The position numbers were made by a program, and so were the translations under genes. Under the pieces are notes generated by a model that had not been told where the DNA came from, did no database searches, and saw only the letters and a program-made list of their open reading frames with translations. A stretch of 61,422 nucleotides of DNA, filler included, from Choristocarpus tenellus KU-1152 (taxonomy: Eukaryota > Protista > Phaeophyceae): the NCBI GenBank assembly GCA_964200185.2. It is 14 parts of 14 records of this genome, joined end to end, with 100 filler letters (N's around TTAATTAATTAA, not from the genome) between each part and the next. Parts side by side here need not be neighbours in the genome. Positions count along the whole stretch, not along the records: positions 8,825 to 12,586 come from CAXNAD020018083.1; positions 12,687 to 16,040 come from CAXNAD020020588.1; positions 16,141 to 18,646 come from CAXNAD020027232.1; positions 18,747 to 23,623 come from CAXNAD020012696.1; positions 23,724 to 32,623 come from CAXNAD020004215.1; 9 more parts are not named here. One strand, given 5' to 3'. This document shows positions 12,404 through 24,176 of the stretch, in pieces. Positions within the stretch are counted from its first letter, which is position 1; the number at the start of each line of letters is the position of its first letter.

Positions 12404-13272
12404 AGTAAATAGTGGATTTTAAAAATTGAGGATGGAGCGTACTATTGAATATGGTTTTGACCGAAAATGGTGCTGAAAAAGTGCCAATCTGTTCTTTTTT
12501 GTAAATGTTGTGGCACTTTTTAAGGGCCCCTTTTTGAATGGGAATCCGTCCCGGATGTGGTAGTAGTACATTGTGTGGGGGGCGGCNNNNNNNNNNNNNN
12601 NNNNNNNNNNNNNNNNNNNNNNNNNNNNNNTTAATTAATTAANNNNNNNNNNNNNNNNNNNNNNNNNNNNNNNNNNNNNNNNNNNNCTTCAGAGCTAGAA
12701 CCTGAGGTCAATGCACCTGTCACAGGGGCGGAGGAGGGACAGGGGAGGAAAGTTCAGTGTGGGGCACGAGCTGGGTCGGGACTGGTTAACAAAGGAAGAG
12801 ATATTTTGTCAATTGGCTGACACACATGGGTGCAGAGGGCGTAAAAGGTTACAGTGCGTGCCCTGAGTTGTCAACAGAAGTTCGAGGAGAAAAAACGAGA
12901 CTGAGGAGGCGTTTGTGCGACTCAATAGTGGCAAGGAGGCGTTTTTTTCCATGGTTAGGATTGTGGACGAGGTGGACGGCTGAAAAATGACACCCATTCT
13001 TTTTTCTTTTCCCACCCCACCCCCCACCCCCCCGACCGCCTGACGAACCTCATGTACACTTCAGATGTTGAGAATTATTTTTCGATGCAGTTCGGGTTAT
13101 AGGGGTACAGTCAAAAAGTGAAAGGCAGAAAGGAACTGCCCCACCATATGCTCCGGCGGCCGAGCTCAGATGCAACAAATTAAAAAAACTGAGTAGAAGA
13201 CTTCATGCCCACACACAGACACACAGACACACAAACAGAGACACACACACAAACTTTAGACACCAAACTTAC

Positions 13273-15287
13273 CTGAGCTGCTACTGGTGCCCATGATGTC
13301 AGACAGCCCAATGCTGCTGGCCACGTCCACCTCAGGCTGTGCCTCCCACTGTCCCAGATTGTGTCCACCTCCCACCCCTTCCCCTTCCTTTTCCTCAACT
13401 CGCCCTTTCTCTCCAACCTCCAAAACCGGACCAGCGGAGGAGGAGGTGGTGGACTCCAACCGCCCCAACTTTCGAGGCTCAGCCCCATCCCTTCCACCAC
13501 CCCGAATCTCAACTGTGAAATCTGTCTCACCCTCACCTTCATCCTTGGTGTCTGTTTGCAAGGAACACCGGGAAACGCCAGCAGTGGCACTACCTTCAAT
13601 GTTGAAACTGTCAGTATCAAGCTCACTAAATTCGTCCGTGGTGCTTAACAATGGAAGAGCCAGACGCTCGTAGCTTTCCTGTGACACGTGCTGCGGTGTC
13701 TCCAGTGCCATGTGGCCTTCACCTTCACCTTCACCTTCACCTTCATCCTCCCGCTGAGGACCATCAACAGGCAAAGCCATTGATAGCTGAGCATCCCCCT
13801 GAGTCCCTGCCCCAGCACGCATCACAGGCTTGAACCCTGCCCTAGAAACTTCATTGGTATCACCAAGGTGAGAATGTTCGCTAGTCACCATGGAAGACAC
13901 TCCAGCCTCTGCCCCAACAGAGTCCCTGCTACTATTGCCGCTGTCGTCAATGTTGATCCACTCACTAGGTTCACTCTCAGTGTTTGCTCCAGAGCCAGCT
14001 CTAGAATGCCGCCCTTGACCAATGCCCTCATACTCAACCCCACCCCCACCCGTTTGCAGAAGGGAGGTGGATGTGGCCTCTAGCTTTCTCAGCTCCTCAA
14101 GGAAGCTCTCGTAGGAGCGTAAGGATGACACAGAACGATCAGCTTGTTGACTGTCGCCCAGTCCTACCACAGGAGCGGCAGCCAAGGTTGAGATTGAATC
14201 ATTCGACTTCGCTTCTTTGTTTCCCTTGGCCTGTGGAAAGGAGATTGGCAGAGTGGAATACCGCCCATTCCGAGCAAAAAAGGATAGTGAGTGGAAACAG
14301 AGGTACAGGAAGGAGCTGCTACTAGGGGGAGGGGGCAGGGATGGGATCTGGGGTGTTGGAGTGAGTACCTAGGGCTACACATCCTACCAAAGTATGGTGA
14401 CTGGGTGGCATACTACACCCAGGCATAGACCCATTACAAATATCCTGGAGAAGAATTTTGTGGGCATGCTAAGATGTCTCCAGGAATAAACTGAAGTCAG
14501 GAGCATAGATTTGCTCCCCTTCAACCATCAATGACTCTCTCCACATATCACAGCCATACAGCACAAATACCCAGTCCCTTTTCCTGGTGACCATCTCCAA
14601 TTTTTCCCAATATTCTAGTTCATATTGGCAACTACCTCGACTCCAACCCCCAACATGTACTGCTCCTATTCCTATTCCTATTCCTGTCAATATCATGTTT
14701 CTCTCAAGTCCCACCTCAAAATACCCTTCACCAATTCACACGCTATTGATGTTCTTCCCACACGCCTTCCTCACCTCTCCTGTCCTCTCCTGCCCCCCCA
14801 TTTCCTGCCATTTTGTGCTTCCACTTATGTGGACGCTAACACCAGGAGACATCGGAGGCGAGAAAGAGCTTCTCCTGGAGGGCAAGAGGGCTCCAGCGGA
14901 GGCCCTGAGGGGATTCCCCACCTCCGAAGATTCTCCAAATGCCAGCCTTGACAAGAAACTGTCAGCAGTCACGTCCAATTCCGACACCCCTACTTCCAAT
15001 TCTGATACCTCTGCTTCCAAATCACCTCCCCTGCCCTTGGCCTCACCCTTGGCCTCACCCTTGGCCTCATCACTACCTCCACTTCCACACCATGTAGCCA
15101 TCCCATGCAGCTCTGGGTTAAGACCCAGCCCCTGGGCTGTACGCGATGGAGATGGCATCCGACCCGGGCTTACTATCTGGGACATAGATGTCGAGGGGAA
15201 CCCAGGCGGTTCGTTGTCTACCAGGAGATCCCCCTGTCTAGGGCCATCTACTTGTTGCTGCCCTGAAGGCCCATCACCAGGAACAGA
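13273..15287 (-). CDS. Unknown protein, two large low-complexity (G/S/E-rich) exons 15287-14775 and 14230-13273
   Basis: Long open frames bounded by CAG acceptors and GTGAG/GTAAG donors; the phase-0 join is consistent. Confidence 0.6.
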
Positions 15288-15585
15288 CTGTGCAGTGATG
15301 TATGGAAAGCAAAGAGACAAGCAACAGACTGTACAGTGATGTATGGAAAGCAAAGAGACAAGCAACAGACTGTACAGTGATGTATGGAAAGCAAAGAGAC
15401 AAGGAACAGACTATGCAGTGATGTATGGAAAGCAAAGAGACAAGCAACAGACTGTGCAGTGATGTATGGAAAGCAAAGAGACAAGCAACAGACTGTGCAG
15501 TGATGTATGGAAAGCAAAGAGACAAGGAACAGACTGTGCAGTGATGTATGGAAAGCAAAGAGACAAGCAACAGACTGTACAGTGA
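15281..15585. repeat. 41-bp tandem repeat, about 7.4 copies
   Basis: Unit AACAGACTGTRCAGTGATGTATGGAAAGCAAAGAGACAAGS starts at 15282, 15323, 15364, 15405, 15446, 15487, 15528 and 15569. Confidence 0.97.
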
Positions 15586-16520
15586 AGGCAAAGAAAATTC
15601 AGAGGGATACTTAGGGTTAGGGTTACACACACCTTACTCAAACCTAGAACCAAGGGAAAACAAGGACTGCTGGCGGGACAAAGCACCTGGAACTAAAGCA
15701 ACAGAATTAGGACCAAAGTACCTTAACAGAACCGCAAAAAATACTTGTACCACGGTTCGGGAGACGGTGGGAATGAGTGTGGAGCAGAAAAAAGAAGAAG
15801 GATTAATGGCATATGGGTTTTGAAATGATGTGGGAGGGGTGGTATGACAGCAACCCCATTACTGCTGTTAGTCAGGCAGTGTATCAGCTGAGATGCAAAA
15901 CTGCGGACTACCCTAGAGATGGTTAGTACAGACTTCAACCATGATACAACAATGGAGGGAAAAAGAATCCCCCCCCCCCCCCCCCCCCCCCCCACCCCAG
16001 CGCCCACAAAACACACACCAAAAAAAAAAAAAAAGCACACNNNNNNNNNNNNNNNNNNNNNNNNNNNNNNNNNNNNNNNNNNNNTTAATTAATTAANNNN
16101 NNNNNNNNNNNNNNNNNNNNNNNNNNNNNNNNNNNNNNNNCCCCCTTCCCCAGCCCTTGGTCTATGTGCCTCACTCTCCTTCAAACATATTGGTGTATGG
16201 AGAGTCCCTATTGAAGACCCGGGTAGGACAGTTTAGACTGCATCGGATTTGACTCCCTACTTGCAAATGTGTCCTCTTCGTCAAAGAGCAATATTACGAT
16301 CAAGTTTTCCCCACTCCCATTCCATAGTGTTTCGCATCCGGTGCCTGAAAAAGTAGTCCACATTCAAAGACCTAAGACATGGAACATCACAAATCGATAT
16401 TTAGGCGTAGAAGCTGTATTGCTCCTGAAGTCTTGTGAGAGATTAAGTCTCTACCCATCCTCACCCCCCCCCCCCCAACCTGTACTTTCTATATTACACA
16501 ATTTGTCTGGTAATGTATAG

Positions 16521-18239
16521 ATCGACACAGAAATGGACATCCCAGTCACTATGGATAGGCCGCTCATAGAAGCAGAGGGTTCCTCTTGGGTCTCAATCAG
16601 CTTCTTTGCTCCCCGACCAACCCTGACCAAGATGAAAATTCATCACTTTATTGTACAGGTATCCTGGCCCTTTTTCCTCACCCTTCCGCTTTATAGTCAA
16701 TTGCAAGGGAAAGGAGAGCAGGGGTGACTTTGTGTAGATATTGCAGAGGTGTTTGTCTAGCATAACATGCTTGTGGCGGTGAATGTGATTTGTTTGTTTT
16801 GTAAGGTGCTTGTTGAACAAAATTGTTCGAACAAATTTGTAAAAATAGATGCTTTCAAGAAGTTTGAGATGATATTTTCACTTGGCCACCTCCCCAGCTC
16901 TTGCAATGATAAAGGTTGAACAGTGCTGCACTGTGCCATTCATCTTGTGCACATCATTACTAGCAGAAATTAGTCCCAGAAAAAACCTAGTTAAATGCTT
17001 GATTGCACAAGGCGAGAAATTATTGCAAAGCATGGCTTAGATCCAAAGCACCCTCTAGGCTCAAAGTATTTAGGGGGGGGTGATGGCTGTCCATTTGGGG
17101 CCCTTTTTTCCATGTCGCGATTTTGGGGATATTTGTTTGCATGCATCAGATGTATAATGTAACTCCACTTCTCCTGTTCACGGCCCGAATGGACACCCTG
17201 GTGTAGACCCCCTGAGTGAAAGTATCTTAGAGGGTACGAGTTTTGCCCTGTTTGTCCGTGTGGGGCTTGGCTTCCCATGGGTTTTTTTAAGACACTTTCC
17301 TACTCCAAACTGTTTCGGAGTAGATAAAATGTATACGTTATGAAAAGTTGTGTCCGAACAAGGATATTGACACTTCCTAACAAACACGATGGCCAAAACT
17401 ACATCGAAATCGTAACATTGGATTTTGGCCCCCAAATGGATGCAACTCTACCCTCTAAGATGCTTTGGCTCCCCCCTCAGATACTTTGAGCCTAGAGGGC
17501 AGTGCCATTTTTGAAGGGCTATGAGATTATTTTTTCTGATTTGTAGGTTGATGCGACGCTCTTTATTTCATTTCACATGTTAATACTTTGGTATCTGAGA
17601 GTATAGTTTGGCGCAGCTGATACGGTATATTGCTTACAGTTTGAATGAGGGGCATTGAACACTACCTTTGTAGGGACTGATCAGCAGGTGGCTATGGTTG
17701 GGCCTTCCAAAGAGTGTCCACCTTTTTTTGTGAAATGAAATAAAGAGTGGATACACATGAATGTACCATGGATGGAGGGATTGAGAATGACTTCAACACC
17801 TCATCCTTCTGTCCTCCCCTAACACAACTGCACAATCCCACTGGAGCTGTATAAGAGAATTATGACATCAATACAACCTTTCAACCTGCCAGCATTAAGG
17901 ACATTCTGCATCTAGGGTGACAAAGGGAGGGGGTGGTTATCTGGGCAGGTCATGCAGACAAGTATGGTCATCCACAAATACCATACGATTTGTACTACAT
18001 CACTCACTGAATGAGGGCAAGCCCTCCTTGTTCACCCTATTTAGTTGCTCTTCACATTCACGAGACTTACTTCAACCCCAATACCAACCAAACTCAACTT
18101 GATTCTGTTATTACATCCTTTTACCCCACATCCTTTTACAATCCCTGTCAAGGCAAAAGGTGGTGGAAAGGACTTCGGTGAAGGTGTCATTGCAGAGTTC
18201 TCGTGGGAAGAAGCCCATAGTCACGGCCATGAAGTCCTG
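16521..18239 (+). CDS. Two exons (16521-16658, 18153-18239) of an unknown protein, possibly fibronectin type III-like
   Basis: Phase-0 AG/GT-bounded exons join to give ...SWVSISFFAPRPTLTKMKIHHFIVQAKGGGKDFGEG..., loosely like FN3 strands B-C. Confidence 0.4.
17058..17492. mobile_element. MITE-like family A, complete copy (about 171 bp after removing the nested insert)
   Basis: TIRs GGCTCAAAGTATTTAGGGGGG and CCCCCTCAGATACTTTGAGCC; no coding capacity. Confidence 0.8.
17214..17471. mobile_element. MITE-like family B, complete 258-bp copy nested in family A
   Basis: 23-bp imperfect TIRs GAGTGAAAGTATCTTAGAGGGTA and TACCCTCTAAGATGCTTTGGCTC; flanking direct repeat CCCCCT at 17208-17213 and 17472-17477; homologous segments at 54976-55138 and 57236-57378. 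Confidence 0.85.
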
Positions 18240-18458
18240 GTGAGGTAGAGTTCATGGAGAGTTTGCCTGATACATTGTCATCAAACTGGAGTGGAACGGG
18301 CTGTATTCTTACTTTATTATAAGCTAAAGTAGAGTTTGGGGCGAATCAGTTGTGGTAAGGAGCGATCACAAGTCAAATGAACTGGAGTGTTTTGGTGGTT
18401 TTGAGTTTCAAGGGGGGTTTGAATTTCGTTTAAATAGAAGACAACATTAGAAAAATGG

Positions 18459-18646
18459 GGGTCAAAGTATCTGGGGGGGGAGCTTATGAGGGGATGTCCG
18501 TTTCGGTCAAACACCTCTTTTTTTTGCTAACATTTCAAATCCAACACGTGCGACCAAATCACACCAAAAAAGTGAAAATCAAAAAAAGGGTGAAACCCAC
18601 ACCATCCAACACCCTCCACCCCATTAACTTATTTACAAAAAAAAAA
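18459..18646. mobile_element. MITE-like family A-related copy running into the gap
   Basis: Begins GGGTCAAAGTATCTGGGGGGGG; 18545-18590 resembles 12323-12365. Confidence 0.6.
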
Positions 18647-19454
18647 NNNNNNNNNNNNNNNNNNNNNNNNNNNNNNNNNNNNNNNNNNNNTTAATTAATT
18701 AANNNNNNNNNNNNNNNNNNNNNNNNNNNNNNNNNNNNNNNNNNNNGGGGGGGTTCAGGTTCGCTTTTTAAAATTTAGGATGGGGGGACCACGTGCTGTA
18801 TTGTCTGTGCCGTTTTGTCTTTTAAGAAGGGCATGATGGTGTTTTGTGCGAGCACGATCGTTGGAGGCGTAGCAGTGGACTTTGTAAAGTGCAGGAGAGA
18901 GGGGAAGAGGGAGGGAGAGAGAGGGAGAGAGAGGGAGAGAGTTTGTGAGTGTTTTATACCTTTCAGTGGGTGTTGTTTCGGGAATTACAGTTTCATCTAC
19001 AGTTACGGTTGGGAAAAAAATGACCACAGTTAGCCTATTCCACAGCCATACCGTTGAAAACATCTTCCCAATGTCGGACCACTTGGCGTAATGATCAGGA
19101 TTTCCCAACTGTGCAGTGGGTTCCTAGCTGTGCTTTTCATCCTTTGGTATGGCACTGTCCAGACAATATTCTGGTACAATGGCCGTACTGTTTTCATCTT
19201 TTGATGTTACTGTGAGCAACGTAACCATACTGTACTGGGGTGATCTTGCCAGAGCTGTACCGCCTCTCTGGTGTATTTTTTATTTTTAGTGTAGTAGTAG
19301 GTGAATCTTTAGGGTTCATTCAAACTATTGCCTTAGTACTGTTGTTGTACAATATTAGTAAAAAATGTAGCTGCGGAAGGGTCATACTATCGTCGGAGTT
19401 GTGACCGTAGTGAAAGAAATATGTTACAGCCTTAACTGAATTGTCGATTCAAAA

Positions 19455-19530
19455 CTCCAAACCGTAATGGTCCTGTGAAAGACAGAAGGTCAACTGTAAT
19501 GGTCCTGTGAAAGGCAGAACTCCAACTGCG
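19455..19530. repeat. Short ~33-bp tandem duplication
   Basis: GTAATGGTCCTGTGAAAGRCAGAA occurs twice. Confidence 0.8.
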
Positions 19531-19932
19531 AAGGCACATTGGAAATGTACTATACTATCGAATGCAAGTACCCAACTGTTCTGAACAGCTGTTCCGAAAC
19601 TATTTCGTTGTTCCTACCTATGTTTGTCTTTGCAAAACTGTTCTGATTCTGATGAAGGTTCCTCGTCAAATGGTTCTCACTGTGACGAAATGAGACAACA
19701 ATGGAACTGTTCCGTGTCAACAAATATCATGTTCATGGTTACAAGTACCGGTGTGTTTTGTGTTGACGTTTTATGTTTACATGCGATTAAACGAACATAC
19801 TAGGTGAGTATCTGATCATTCACTTTAAAAGATTGGCATGTGTTTGTAGATACCTCATGAACTGGCTCGGCCTTTCTCGTGGGGATGTGGTGTACAAGGT
19901 GTGGGGATGATCGTGATCTTGATTTTTTTATT

Positions 19933-20145
19933 TTTATTATTGTTACTGTTACTATTACAATTATTGTTATTGTTACTATTACTATTACTATTACTATTAC
20001 TATTACTATTATTATTATTGTTACTATTACTATTACTAATACTACTATTATTATTGTTTCACTTACTATTACTATTATTATTATTGTTACTATTACTATT
20101 ACTATTATTATTATTGTCATCATCATCATTATTACTATTATTACA
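19933..20145. repeat. (TAT/TAC/TGT)n trinucleotide microsatellite
   Basis: Directly visible; it produces the spurious poly-L and poly-IT ORFs. Confidence 0.95.
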
Positions 20146-21343
20146 AATGTGATTTTTGGTGGTGTTAATGCTACTACTACTAGTACTATATATACATATC
20201 GAGTTCTATAGTTTGACTTTCAAGGTTGTTAAGGTTACTTTCTGATGCATCACAAGTGTGGTGCATCAATTTTTGTATTTTTTTTGTCCATTCCTTGTAG
20301 ACATTTCTATTTTTAGTCATGATTTTTTTGTAGTGTATGTGTTCTGTAGGTCATGAATGAATGAATATATTATAGGACCTATTTTTTTTATTTATTGGAG
20401 TAACTGCTTTGGTGGGAAGGTTGCACATGTTGAAAAATGCTGTAGATAACCCTACTTTATCCCAAGACAAGTTTTATCATTTATATTTATACTGGTGTCA
20501 AAGTGGATGAAATAGTGTCTGGAGATAGTATCTCTTGAGTGTTTTTCTGAATGAATAAAGGAATGTTAGGTTGAATATGTTGAGTGTCATGTTGTCGAAG
20601 GCATGAGCATTTGATATTGATGTTTGATATTTATGTTTGATATTGGTGTTTTGGAAATCGGTTGCTTTGTGAGCATATGTTCATTTTTCTGATGAGCTTG
20701 ATTGTCCTAGACGTTGGTGGATTTTGGCCCTTTTGTTTTTAAAGGGCTTAAATGTGTGACAGCCCACACCCTGATTTCATGGGGTCCAACTTCAGGTTAA
20801 ATTCCGTCAGTAATCTATGGGTATAGAAGGAAGGATCTTTGTTGTAGATGGATGTTTTGTCATTGGATTAAAGGGGTTAGGGTACATATGAAAGGATGCT
20901 ATCAAGAAAATGGGTCGCAGAGATAAGACCCCGTAGTGACAATAGCACCCCCATCAAGGATGCCTTGATATAGTGGCTAGAAATGTCATTAGTTATTAAT
21001 AGTGCAAGTCTTGCTTATTGTCTAGGTTGATGAGTATTTCCATGCTGAGGTTGCGGTTGTGTGCGTGTTGTGTGTTTAGGGTTAGGGTTTGGTGTGCAGC
21101 ATGGTATGACCACCGCTGAAAACTGTTGACGGTATACACGTGAAATTCCTTTTACCGTTGGTTTTTAAATGTTATACTGCTTATAACATTTACCATATAT
21201 ATCTACGGCGATTTTTCTTGGTTTGTCGGAAGTCAGGGATTTTTTGTATGTGCTGCAGTTGACTACAAAAAATGCCTCTTTCTCCTTCAAAACCACTGGT
21301 GATGCGGTACTACCTACTATATATATATTTTTTTTTCTTGTAG

Positions 21344-22383
21344 GTGGTGGAGTATAAGAAGGAATACGATGGGGACAACCTGGATGTGGAGGGTTGCTTG
21401 GTGCTAGAGCCAAACGAGGGCATCACGTGTACTGTTGCCTTTGATATTGGAAGGTTTGGTTCAAAAGGGTGTGCGCCTGTGCTACCCCCCTCCCCTCCCC
21501 CCTGCAGACATGAGCATGCTTCGGTGTGGTTGGGTAATTGTACTGAGATTTAGCTCTCATTTCTCTGTTTTTTATTTTTTCTTGGGTTAGGGTTAGGGTT
21601 AGGGTTAGGATTGCGTTCTGAAGTACGACATGCCTGCTTATTCATTTATCCCCCCTTTCATCATAATTTTTCCACTCCTTCTGCCAGGGGCATTCCTGCC
21701 CCCCTTCTACTCTTACCTACTGTAGATGTGATTGGATGTTTTTTTTAGTGCTGTATGGATGGATGCAGCACAGACAGTGGTCAGTTGCATTTCCTCACAT
21801 GCCTGTGTGTGGATATGTTGTGGATATGTTGTGGGTATGTTGTGGGTATGTTGTGGATATGTTGTGGATATGTTGTGGGAATGTTGTGGGTATGTTGTGG
21901 ATATGTTGTGGGTATGTTGTGGATATGTTGTGGATATGTTGTGGGTATGTTGTGGATATGTTGTGGATATGTTGTGGATACATTGTGGATATGTTGTGGG
22001 AATGTTGTGGGTATGTTGTGTGCATATTCTACCAAGAGGCGGATTTCAATTTGACTGAATTTTTTTTGGAAGTGGTTTGATTCAAGTGTTTCAATCTGTT
22101 TCCACCAAACAAAGTGCTTAGGCAGGCAAGGGTGCTTATGTATGCTCAACCTCTTCCTCGCCCCTTCCCCCCTGCCCCATGTGTGAATCCCTTCCAAAAG
22201 CCGCCATCTTGAGCGATGTCTCTGTGGGGTATTTAATTTAATGCATGCGCCTTCCTCCGTTGTTGGTGTGTCAATTGAAGGTACATGGAACCTCCCATCT
22301 ATGTTTACTATCAGCTGGGAAACTATTATCAGAATCACAGGCGATACGTGAAGTCGAGGAGTGCCAACCAACTCTTGGGAGAA
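21344..22383 (+). CDS. CDC50/LEM3/ALIS P4-ATPase beta subunit, internal exons 21344-21453 and 22281-22383
   Basis: [10 protein letters not shown]...[36 protein letters not shown] contains the CDC50 signature [11 protein letters not shown]. Confidence 0.9.
21806..22021. repeat. 11-bp minisatellite (ATGTTGTGGRT), about 19 copies, intronic
   Basis: Directly visible. Confidence 0.95.
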
Positions 22384-22459
22384 GTGAGCGTTTTGTTGTA
22401 TGTTATTATTTTTATTGTTCTTATATTATTCCTGTTCTTGTTGGGTAATGCGAGTACTA

Positions 22460-22497
<38 letters not shown>

Positions 22498-24176
22498 AAA
22501 AAATATAATTATTCCTAACTCTGGGAAAATGCGAGATTTGTTTTGATCACTTTATTTTTTTACTGCTGGTATCATTAGTGATAGCGGTGACATCGTCTTG
22601 GCTTTTACACAGAGGCCATTGCTACTTTGTAGAAAAAGTTTAGTGGTGGGGGGTAACTTAGTTTTTTTTCTTTTTTTTCTGTTTCCTCTATGTGTCACAA
22701 CGTTAGCACAGACTAAAAAAAAAAAAATTCAGTCTTTTAAAAAAAAAGAAAATTGAATTGCGTGGAAAAGAAGAAAAACAAATTGTGTTCTGAAGTTTGG
22801 ATTTTTTTTTGTGCAGGGCAGGTGGTTTTAAGAATGGAACTGGAAGACGGTTTTTTGTTTGTTTGAACAGTAGTGGTTCTCATGGCAAGATTGATTAAGA
22901 CAGTCCGGGACAAAATAGACTGATACAATAACGCCTTCAAGGTATCTTCTATCCACTTTGTTCTTGATATTTGTACGCAGCTACTGCGGTAAGTTTTTGC
23001 ATTATCTTTTTATTTTCAAAGTTTTTGTACTCTTTCTATTTTTTGATGTAACTGTCACTTTTTGGTCGGCATACCCTTTACCGCCCTTCCAAAGATGGTC
23101 ATGAGCTCGAGAAAGGCAATATGATTCAAAGACTTGTCAGTAGATTAAAAAAAAAAATCATAGTGACAGTTACGTTTATTGCGCCCACAGTGATCAGTTA
23201 CATTTCTGATTCCTTTTTCCTGAGCTACGATCTCCTACTGTGGCATCCTCTATAGTGCCTGCATCAGACACCCTCATCATGATTTGATGATTTCTTAGTC
23301 TTTTAAAAAATGTAATTCCCTGATTTTCCTCTGTGAGTATTGAGAGTAGGGGATTGTGTCAGGTGTGATTGGGAAAGGAAATTTTGATTAACTGTTTGAA
23401 GGGGGCCTAGGGTTAGGGCGTGCCAGATTTGTTCTGGAATCAAGCTTGACACAACAGGGCCCAAGATACGTGAACCTCCTGTATGCATTTATGCTTCACT
23501 TCAAGCTCCCCCACCCCCCTTACAGACATTTAGAAACAGCCTAACAAGAGATGCCTTGTAAGAGATATGGAAACAGACTTTGCTGTACACATTCCAGCTT
23601 GACTTCCTACCTAGCCTATTCCCNNNNNNNNNNNNNNNNNNNNNNNNNNNNNNNNNNNNNNNNNNNNTTAATTAATTAANNNNNNNNNNNNNNNNNNNNN
23701 NNNNNNNNNNNNNNNNNNNNNNNTCACAAACCACCCCCCCCCCCAGATACTTCGACCCTCAAATTACTCTTGATGTTTTTTCTTAAATATATTAAAAATG
23801 GTATAGGGGAAATTTCTGGATTAAGTCCTTCCTAGCTGTGTTCATCCTTTTATGTCAGGGACAGGTTCCTTTGTTGGGATCTCCGACACACACACTTGTG
23901 CATAAGACGCGCGGTCATATGCAATTGTGCGCGCTAACCACGTCATTTGAGCTCAACCATACCGACCAGTCCAATAAACCAACCACACCCATAAGATCCT
24001 GATTTGACCAAACAGCCAAAATGGACTGTCAGAACAAAGAACCATTCCGATTCTGACTAATTCATTTCTTTGCTGTGACGTTGCTCAGACACTCGGGAAA
24101 ATCTGTTGTGTTTTGAGGCTTTTGTTCTGTTCTGGATTTCCTCATCTGTTCTGAGATGTTGAGCCAAGACCTTTGA

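Noticed and set aside
15281-15585. 41-bp (and 42-bp at 57988) arrays as CRISPR
   Set aside because: Units are head-to-tail with no unique spacers, there are no cas genes, and the context is eukaryotic.
19645-19720. CTGATGA...GACGAAA as a hammerhead
   Set aside because: No stem I or stem III complementarity.
19800-22080. Poly-Leu, poly-IT and [10 protein letters not shown]-repeat ORFs
   Set aside because: Translations of microsatellites and minisatellites.
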